Positions 1 through 7,364 of a stretch of 64,000 nucleotides of DNA are shown in pieces. The DNA lies in NCBI GenBank assembly GCA_041390865.1, contig JAWKPC010000002.1, positions 388,584-452,583 of the forward strand. Direction: 5' to 3'. Each line of letters starts with the position of its first letter. Position 1 is the first letter of the stretch. The notes under the pieces were generated by a model, which ran no database searches, was not told the origin of the DNA, and saw only the letters and a list, made by a program, of their open reading frames with translations. The stretch is from Thermomicrobiales bacterium (lineage in GTDB: Bacteria; Chloroflexota; Chloroflexia; Thermomicrobiales; CFX8). Position numbers and translations under genes: made by a program.

Positions 1-200
1 CTGCTTCTACGCAGTTCAAGGCCGATTCTGATGCTTTACTGGCAGGAGGCGTCTGGTTCTTTCGCAGGGAGTTTTCATCTAGCCAGGGGAACAATGGCCC
101 CCGTGATCAAGACATACGGGTGAGGTTTCTGGTAGCTGATTATCGCAATACTGATGATTGAGTTAAATCGTTTTCGCCAGCTTGGAGAGTCTCCAACCAG

Positions 201-1316
201 ATGGGTGTATTGCAGAATCCCGAAAGTCCAACGATCGTTCTCAAGACGGACCCGGGATCGAGTCGATGTTCCCGTTGCGAGACGGTCCCTCCATCTGTGC
301 CGCTGGAGGGGGATCTCCATCTCTGGTTCCCGCTTGGACATAGCCTCGGCAAGGTCGCGCGTTGTATGCGGGACTCGAGCATCAACTTCGAGTTCGCTGA
401 CAATGGCCGATCGCTGATCGCTCACCTCGCGTTCGGCGAGTTCGCTATGCTGGCCGGACAGCTTGACGCGGTGATGAGCCACGAGGAGAAGCTGGCGACC
501 CGGTCGCTCCTTCTGCCGTCTGGCGAGCAGCCGGACTATCAGGATTTCGGGCGGGTGACTCCACTGGGCCAGCTGATCGCCAGGTCCTCCGCCAACTGGC
601 TGCTTGAGATCCTGCGAGAAATGCGCCTGACGAGTCACTTCCAGTCCATCGTCCATGCCAACGATCCCCAGCGGCGGTTCGCGCGCGAGGGGCTTCTCCG
701 CGGTCTCGACCGGAGTGGAGCATTGATATCGCCATTCCGGATGTATCAGGTCGCCCGGGACGCGGATCTGTTGTTTCAGCTGGATCTGGCGGCCCGGCGG
801 ACGGTGATCGGCGAGCTTGACCGGCACAGCGTTACCGAAGAGCGGACGTTCATCAATTTCACGCCGACGTCGATCTACGATCCAGTATTCTGCCTGCGTT
901 CGACCGTCGCGGCAATCGACGGCGCAGGTATTCCGCACGACCACATCGTTTTCGAGGTTGTCGAGACGGAGCGCACCGATAGCCCCGATCACCTGCGGAA
1001 TATCCTGGAGTTCTACCGGGCGGAGGGTTTCGGCGTCGCGCTCGACGACGTCGGTTCCGGCTACTCCAGCCTCAATCTGATTCACCAGATACAGCCCGAC
1101 TACATCAAGCTCGATATGGAGCTGATCCGTGATGTCGACCGCGATCCTCATAAAGCGGCGATCGCGGGCCGGCTGCTCGAGCTCGCCGGGGATCTCGGTA
1201 TCCAGAGCATTGCCGAAGGGGTCGAGACCGCCGCGGAACTGGCCTGGCTTCAGGAGCGGGGCGCGACATACGTCCAGGGCTATCTCATCGACCGCCCGCA
1301 ACCGCTCGGGCAGTAG
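201..1316 (+). CDS. EAL-domain protein (putative c-di-GMP phosphodiesterase) with an uncharacterised ~110-aa N-terminal region
   Basis: 371-aa ORF. The C-terminal ~250 aa carries EAL-family signatures (EVVETE, DDVGSGYSSLNLI, IKLDMELIR, IAEGVET, QGYLIDRP). Start codon not verified. Confidence 0.8.
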   Translation: MGVLQNPESPTIVLKTDPGSSRCSRCETVPPSVPLEGDLHLWFPLGHSLGKVARCMRDSSINFEFADNGRSLIAHLAFGEFAMLAGQLDAVMSHEEKLATRSLLLPSGEQPDYQDFGRVTPLGQLIARSSANWLLEILREMRLTSHFQSIVHANDPQRRFAREGLLRGLDRSGALISPFRMYQVARDADLLFQLDLAARRTVIGELDRHSVTEERTFINFTPTSIYDPVFCLRSTVAAIDGAGIPHDHIVFEVVETERTDSPDHLRNILEFYRAEGFGVALDDVGSGYSSLNLIHQIQPDYIKLDMELIRDVDRDPHKAAIAGRLLELAGDLGIQSIAEGVETAAELAWLQERGATYVQGYLIDRPQPLGQ

Positions 1317-1592
1317 CTGTCCAGCCTTTCATGCATCAAGCCAAGGGACGTTGCAGAGAGCAGCGGCTGCTTCCTGTGCCCAGCATCCCTGCCGATCTGC
1401 CCGGGAACCACGTCGTCGGTCCAGTAGAGACGTGCCGCCGGCGCGTCTCCGTACCAGCCCCAACTCGTTCCCGGGAATACGATGGTGTCGCAAGCGAGAC
1501 GCGCCGGCGGCACGTCTCTACTGGAGTGTCAGCGGTTTAGCGCCACCGATGAACGCTTAACTTGATGCATGAAGGGCGGTAGCTGCCCAGCC
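1313..1592. repeat. Nested inverted-repeat, MITE-like element between convergent genes
   Basis: Outer inverted repeat tttcatgcatcaag (1327-1340) / cttgatgcatgaag (1561-1574), 13 of 14 matched. Inner perfect 29-bp inverted repeat ccagtagagacgtgccgccggcgcgtctc (1421-1449 / 1496-1524). Flanked by a 14-bp imperfect direct repeat gtagctg[t/c]ccagcc (1313-1326 and 1579-1592). Confidence 0.55.
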
Positions 1593-1646
1593 TATCCACC
1601 GATTCCCGGCGAACACCCGGAACTTTCTTCGAACAGCGTTCGAGTG

Positions 1647-2482
1647 TCAGTCCATATTCGGCATTGCCGCCGGCGCCGGAGCCACCGCGATGCCGGGATT
1701 CGGTACCGGATCGGTCGTCAGTCCATCATTGCGGGCCCGCAGATCGAGATAGACCAGGGTCCAGGCGAGGTACTGGAGCGGCGTGATCAGGACAGCGCCG
1801 ATGACCCAGAAGATGCCGACGAGAACCCAGGCGAAGACCGGCGGGGCGCTGGACGCGTCGGTGAGCACCGGGCGAAGCAGCAGCGCGAACATCGGCAGCA
1901 GGAACATGAGCATCATCATGCCGGAGATTGCCGCGACGACGATCGTCGTTACCAGCACTCTCAGCGGTTGTTGCGGGTCAACTCCCAGCTGCGGCCGAGG
2001 GCGACCCGCGCTCCGGTCCCTTCGAGGATGACGACCTGGAGCGCGACGAGCCAGGCGATCCCCAGGAAGAGCGCGATCGGCGCGCCGACAAATGTCCAGG
2101 CCAGGAAGCTCAGGATCCAGTAGATCAGATAAGAAGCTTTCATCGTCGCAGTGATGCGCGGCATGGCGTAGTCGAAAGCTTTGAGGATCGATGTCTTACC
2201 GTTGACGATGATCTGGGCCGTGGCTGACGTAATCCCGGCCATCGCCGCCGCCGTCGTCGCGACGGCAACGATGCCGGTGATGATCTGGAGCAGGAACATC
2301 GCCAGCAGGTCGTCGCTCCCGATGATGACGGCGAAGAGGAAGATCTGCAGGATCGTTGCCGGTATTAGAACCGCCGCCGAGACACCAACAATCGTCTCGA
2401 AGTGGTCGCGATAGATCGCCGCGGTCTGTGCGAGTAGCTCTCCGATGCTACGGGGGCGGACGCCGTAGTGTTGCTGATCCAT
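1647..2482 (-). pseudogene. Polytopic membrane protein split by a 1-nt frame disruption; resembles the GPDPase-membrane-domain family
   Basis: ORF 1961-2482 reads MDQQHYGVRPRSIGELL...GRSWELTRNNR and stops at TGA 1961-1963. ORF 1647-1958 continues in another frame with further TM helices and ends ...LVYLDLRARNDG. Adding one g (cgctgAgag to cgctgGAgag) would give one continuous protein ...NNRWRVLVTT.... Confidence 0.5.
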
Positions 2483-2759
2483 CGCGCTGCCGTTCTTCAT
2501 AGATTCATTCCGGACAATCCATTGCCACATTCTGGACGGTTCAGCATTGCCTGGCGATAGGAGCGCGGTACTGGATGGACGTTGTGACGGCGACCGGCGA
2601 CGCAATGGGTTTGGTGGTTGCGAGGTGTAACAATAGCGTTCGTTGCTTGAATCCATGGCAGATATCCCGGAACCGGATTGCTGCGCCATGCGTGCCGTTA
2701 CCGGCAGCCTGGCGGGTTGAGGTCCGGAGATGTCGCAAGATCCTGCGGAGGAATCCATC

Positions 2760-3515
2760 ATGACCATCTCCCGGTTCGAGCCTCCCGCGATACCACGCGG
2801 TGCGGAAGCGCTGCTCGACTCTCCCTATGCCCGCTATCTGGATGTCGCGACGCTCTATGACGTCCAGGCGAAGAACCCGGAGTCGGATTCTCTCCGAAAG
2901 CCGGAGGAGCTGCTCTTCCGCACGATCCATCTCGTTTCGGAACTCTGGCTGCGCCTGGCCGGCGCTGAGCTGGAACGAGCGATGGACGAGGCCAGGGCAG
3001 GAGAGCTTGGCCGGGCTGTCCGGCTGATCCGGCGCGCCGACGAGTCGGTCCAGCGCGTGACCGACGCGACGAGGATGTTCCAGTCGATGCCTGCCGCGGA
3101 GTACCACCAGTTTCGGACGGCACTCGGCAGCGCCAGTGGCCTGCAATCGCCGGGCTACGCCTACATTCGCCTGGTCGGCAACCGGATGTCGGAAACGCTC
3201 GACGCAGTGGTTGCCGACGATGATGCACTGTTCCGGGTGTATATGGAAGGGATCGACACGCCGCTCTACGCGTTCTGCGAGGCGCTGCTCGATCTCGATA
3301 CCAGCCTCGATCGATTCCGAGCCAGTCACGTTCACGTTGCCCAACGCTTCCTCGGCGATGCCACGGCCGGGACCGGTGGCCAGGGAGTAGCGTTCTTACG
3401 CAACCATCTCGGCCAGCAGCATTTCCCTCGTCTCTGGGCCCTGCGTGCCCGGCTTGCCGAGTCCTCCGGCGCCGTTTCCTACGGTTACGGCGGGGCGAAG
3501 TCGGAGGCGCGATAG
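2760..3515 (+). CDS. Tryptophan 2,3-dioxygenase (TDO) family protein
   Basis: The ATG at 2760 is preceded by GGAGG 8 nt upstream. TDO-like motifs: LFRTIHLVSELWLRL, SGLQSPGYAYIR, GTGGQGVAFLR. Substrate not determinable from sequence. Confidence 0.6.
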   Translation: MTISRFEPPAIPRGAEALLDSPYARYLDVATLYDVQAKNPESDSLRKPEELLFRTIHLVSELWLRLAGAELERAMDEARAGELGRAVRLIRRADESVQRVTDATRMFQSMPAAEYHQFRTALGSASGLQSPGYAYIRLVGNRMSETLDAVVADDDALFRVYMEGIDTPLYAFCEALLDLDTSLDRFRASHVHVAQRFLGDATAGTGGQGVAFLRNHLGQQHFPRLWALRARLAESSGAVSYGYGGAKSEAR

Positions 3516-3732
3516 GGAGCCCCCTACGCGCCCGGATCAGCGCTCGGTCGGGCACGTGAAAGACTTGCGAGGTAACTGCTATCGCCTGGATATCCCGTTG
3601 AGTTCGCAGGGAATTCTATAGATGTGATCTTCCACAAGAAGCGTGCAGGCACTCGTAAGCATCGGTGATTGTCGATCAGAAGAGTGATGGCCGTCTCGTC
3701 GTTCTCCAAAACTGCATGAAAGCGAGCCCACC

Positions 3733-5496
3733 ATGTCCTCTCTACCTCAGATCAGCGAACGTGACATCCAGGATCGCGTCGGCGCGCAGAGCTTTCAGCG
3801 AGGCCGGAGCTACGCCGACGCGGGTCGGATCATCGCCACGCGCCGGCACGACAACACGATCAACGGGTTGTGTCTTGGATCAGTGGCCGTGCCCTACCGG
3901 CTCCATGCGACCCTGGAGGAGGAGGGCGTGGTCGAGGCCGAGTGCAGCTGTCCTGTCGGTCATGGCGGCTACTGCAAGCATGTAGCTGCGCTGCTACTGA
4001 CCTGGCTCGAGCATCCCGAAGCGTTCGTCGAGGCCGTCGATCTGGAGTCGGCCCTGGCGGAGAAGAGCAAGGAAGAGCTTATCCAGCTGCTGTTGACCGT
4101 TGCGGAAGGCAGCCCTCAGTTCGAACAGCTGCTGGAGACGGCAATCGGGGCTGACCGCGAGGGGCCGGCATCAGCGGCCGAGTTCTTCCGCCAGCAGGTA
4201 GAGACGGCGCTCTTGCCGCTCGAAACACACTGGGATTTCTCGTCAGGCGGGTACGGCTATGGCGGTCAGGTATCGGCGATCGTCGGCAATGGCGATGAAA
4301 TGGTCGAACGGGAGGAGTGGCGCGAGGCGGCATCGGTCTACCGTGGGGTTCTGGAAGGCGTCGGGGAGAGCGACGCACTGGCGTATGACGAGGAGGGCAG
4401 CCTCGTTGAAGCAGTCTGGCAGTCGATCACCGGACTCGGGGTCTGTCTGGATCATCTGGACGATCCAGCCGACCGGGAGCCGATTCTCGACGTTCTCTTC
4501 GAGGTCTTCTACACCGACATCAGTGAATACGGCGGTATCGACTTGTCCATCGGCGCACCGGAGATTCTGGTCGCGAAGACGACGCCGGAGGAGCGCAACG
4601 AATTGATCGAGCGGGTTCGCGACATCATGCCGGAGGAAGACGGATGGATCCAGAGAGCCTACGCCCAGCTGCTGCTCGAGCTCGAGACGGAGAAGCTCGA
4701 GGGCGAAGCCTATATCGAGCGGTGCAGGGAGCTCGGGCTGACCGACCGGCTGGTGGACCGGCTGCTGTCGCTGGGCAGGAACGAGGAGGCCATTCAGGAG
4801 GCCGGTGGCGCAGACCGCAGCGAACTGCTGAGGCTTGTGCCGATCTTCGAGCAATATGGTCAGGCCGAACTCATCGAGCCGCAGGTTCAGCGCGTGATCA
4901 CTCAGGATCGTCAAGGTTACTTCGGGGCGGCTCCGGATCTGAGAATATGGCTCGGGGATCGCTACAAGGAGCGTGGCGACTATGCGTCGGCTCTGGAGCT
5001 GGCGCTGGCCGCTTTCAACGAGCGTCCTACCTTGCCGGGATATCAAGACATCCGGGAGTTGGCGACCGCAACGGGGGGTTGGCCGTCGATTCGCCCGGAG
5101 CTGATGGAAACGCTCGCCGAGCAGGCTGTTGCACTGAAAATCCAGATTCACCTTGACGAGGGCGAGTTGGATGATGCCATTGATGATCTGCGGGGGCTCG
5201 ACCTCGGCCAGCAGCGGCCTCTGTATTCGAACGATGTCCGGCTGCAGGTCGCCGAAGCCGCGACCGGGGATCGTCCGGAGGTGGCGATCGAGATCTACCT
5301 TCGGCTTGCCGATGAGCTCATAGATCTCCGCGGCAGGGAGAACTACCAGACCGCCGCCACGATGCTGGGCCGGGCGCGCAACCTGTTCGACCGGCTGGGC
5401 CGCTTCGAGGAGTGGGAGGAGCATATCGCCCGCTTGCGCTCGGAGCACCGGCGGCTGCCCGCGTTGCAGGACGAGCTGAATCGGGCCGAGCTGTAG
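3733..5496 (+). CDS. SWIM zinc-finger domain protein with a long alpha-helical C-terminal region
   Basis: 587-aa ORF with a CxCx(n)CxH SWIM signature (CSCPVGHGGYCKHVAALLLTWL) near the N-terminus. The remainder is Leu/Glu/Arg-rich and helical-looking. Confidence 0.7.
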   Translation: MSSLPQISERDIQDRVGAQSFQRGRSYADAGRIIATRRHDNTINGLCLGSVAVPYRLHATLEEEGVVEAECSCPVGHGGYCKHVAALLLTWLEHPEAFVEAVDLESALAEKSKEELIQLLLTVAEGSPQFEQLLETAIGADREGPASAAEFFRQQVETALLPLETHWDFSSGGYGYGGQVSAIVGNGDEMVEREEWREAASVYRGVLEGVGESDALAYDEEGSLVEAVWQSITGLGVCLDHLDDPADREPILDVLFEVFYTDISEYGGIDLSIGAPEILVAKTTPEERNELIERVRDIMPEEDGWIQRAYAQLLLELETEKLEGEAYIERCRELGLTDRLVDRLLSLGRNEEAIQEAGGADRSELLRLVPIFEQYGQAELIEPQVQRVITQDRQGYFGAAPDLRIWLGDRYKERGDYASALELALAAFNERPTLPGYQDIRELATATGGWPSIRPELMETLAEQAVALKIQIHLDEGELDDAIDDLRGLDLGQQRPLYSNDVRLQVAEAATGDRPEVAIEIYLRLADELIDLRGRENYQTAATMLGRARNLFDRLGRFEEWEEHIARLRSEHRRLPALQDELNRAEL

Positions 5497-5753
5497 CGGT
5501 CTCGTCGATCGGGGTGATGTGAGCTGACCAGAGGTTTCGCCTCCAGCGTCGGGCAGCACCTGGATGCTTATCGGTTAGCGGCGCATCGGGAGCGAGGATG
5601 TCCATGAGTCTGCTGCTGTGGCTGTATGGATGCTAGATTCCTTCACTTCGCGGAGCCTCCGCTCAGGATGCCATGATGGTGGGCATGGGATGCCGGCGAT
5701 GGCGTTGCGGCTGACGGGTACCACGGCCTTGCGGCGACGCTGGCGCGACATTC

Positions 5754-5840
5754 GTCGGGGCATGATTCACCACGCCCGGTAGTCGCAACCCTTGTACGTA
5801 TGCGGTCTCCAAACGCGGATGCGATGGATCACATCATTCC
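5754..5840. repeat. Dispersed ~88-bp repeat, copy B (inverted relative to copy A at 22222-22309)
   Basis: Aligns by eye to the reverse complement of 22222-22309. Shared blocks: cacgcccggtag, gtacgtatg, ctccaa[a/g]cgcgga. Confidence 0.55.
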
Positions 5841-5972
5841 TCTGCAAAGCCGAGCACGATCTCAGCAAGAGACTTGACATATTGTCCCACCCTGAGGATG
5901 CGGGGCGGTTGGAGGCGACTCGGTCGGACCGCTCGCGACTTGACATCCAGTCACTGTCGTGTGAGACTGTAC

Positions 5973-5988
5973 GGGTGTACGTACACCC
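5973..5988. promoter_or_regulatory. Perfect 16-bp palindrome, candidate operator upstream of the BNR-repeat gene
   Basis: gggtgtacgtacaccc equals its own reverse complement and lies 69 nt upstream of the ATG at 6057. It follows a TTGACA-containing duplicated motif gacttgacat (about 5872 and 5938). Confidence 0.35.
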
Positions 5989-6056
5989 CCAAGCCGCCGT
6001 TCTGGCCAGGTGATTGATGACTTCAGTGGCGGTCGATGACGATGGAGGACGAGACA

Positions 6057-7148
6057 ATGGCGACTCGACTTGCGGAACAGGTAATGGTCGTTGCCGGGAC
6101 GAGGAATGGTCTCTACATCTTCAAGAGCGATCTGGAGCGCACGCAGTGGTCGATCTGCGGCCCGTTCCTCGAAGGCTACGACGTCAGCCACGCGATTCTC
6201 GACCCCCGCGACGGCAAGACGATCTGGGCGGCGGCCAACGGGAATGGCGAGGCGGCGGTCTACCGGTCCCCCGACCGGGGACGGACCTGGGAGCGGGCCG
6301 GAAAGCCGTTCGAGGCCGATCTGGTCTGGCACGTCGCGCCGGCGCTCGATGATATGCCGGATTCCGTCTATGCCGGGATCATGCCGGCCATGCTCTACCG
6401 GTCGGACGACCGTGGCCAGAGCTGGAACGAGGTCGCTGGGCTGGCGAAGCACCCGAGCCGCGAGGAATGGTGGCCGGGCGGGGGCGGGATGTGCCTCCAC
6501 ACCATCGTGACCAACCCGCTCAAGCCGAAAGATCTACTCATCGGAATGTCGGTCGGCGGCGTGCTCTATTCCGAGGATGGCGGGGAGAGCTGGGAGCCAC
6601 GGAACGCCGGCACGTTCTCGATGGCCGAGGAGTGGACGAACCAGATGGGGCGTGAATCCCGGCACGACGTGCATCGCTGCACCCATAAAGTCGTCCGTCA
6701 TCCGGAAAACGGTCTGCTGTTCCAGCAGAACCACGTCGGCGTCTATCGCTCGACCAGCTACGGCCGCGAGTGGGAGGACATCAGCGATGGGCTGCCGGAT
6801 CGCTTCGGGTTCGTTATCGACATCACCCGCGACGGCACCGTCTTCGTCGTTCCACAGCATGACTGGCTGCCGGAGATCGGAGTCCGGGTGACCGGCCAGC
6901 TTGCGGCCTACCGCAGCAAGGACTCCGGCGAGACCTGGGAGCGGCTGACGAACGGCCTGCCCGAGGTCGAGAACATGACGCTCTACCGCGAGGGCATGGC
7001 GACCGATTTCTGCGACCAGGGCGGCGTCTACTTCGGTACCAGCGACGGTGTCCTCCACTACACCCGTGACGGGGGCGACTCCTGGCATCAGCTGGCAACC
7101 GGCCTCCCGCCGGTGCGTTCGGTGACCTGTGAGCACTTCTCCGTTTAG
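6057..7148 (+). CDS. BNR/Asp-box repeat beta-propeller protein (sialidase/glycosidase-like fold)
   Basis: Six SxDxGxTW-type Asp-boxes: SPDRGRTWE, SDDRGQSWN, SEDGGESWE, STSYGREWE, SKDSGETWE, TRDGGDSWH. The ATG at 6057 has GGAGG 8 nt upstream. Confidence 0.8.
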   Translation: MATRLAEQVMVVAGTRNGLYIFKSDLERTQWSICGPFLEGYDVSHAILDPRDGKTIWAAANGNGEAAVYRSPDRGRTWERAGKPFEADLVWHVAPALDDMPDSVYAGIMPAMLYRSDDRGQSWNEVAGLAKHPSREEWWPGGGGMCLHTIVTNPLKPKDLLIGMSVGGVLYSEDGGESWEPRNAGTFSMAEEWTNQMGRESRHDVHRCTHKVVRHPENGLLFQQNHVGVYRSTSYGREWEDISDGLPDRFGFVIDITRDGTVFVVPQHDWLPEIGVRVTGQLAAYRSKDSGETWERLTNGLPEVENMTLYREGMATDFCDQGGVYFGTSDGVLHYTRDGGDSWHQLATGLPPVRSVTCEHFSV

Positions 7149-7364
7149 GTTGGAAACGCACAACCATCTTAGAGTGCCTGGCTCCCGGATTGCGTGATAG
7201 CATTTCGAGCCTGGTCGTTCCAGGTTGGCGACTCTTGAGGGCGCAGTTCAGGTATCTTGAGAGCAGTCCGGCGTACCCGGCATCGGTATTCCCGAGAACT
7301 GCTGTCCTGGAGACGACGGTCATCCGATCCTCGGTCGATTCCGAATCCGGCTGGAGCGCATCGC

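Noticed and set aside
75-1301. Long antisense ORFs opposite clearly assigned genes. Examples: 75-1301(-), 4243-5559(-), 8568-9518(-), 17334-18005(+), 20503-21318(-), 33936-35048(-), 37534-38379(-), 47312-48694(-), 49210-50628(-) and 54681-55769(-).
   Set aside because: They are Arg/Pro/Gly/Ala-rich shadow frames typical of high-GC DNA. They have no recognisable motifs and fully overlap genes with strong family signatures on the other strand.
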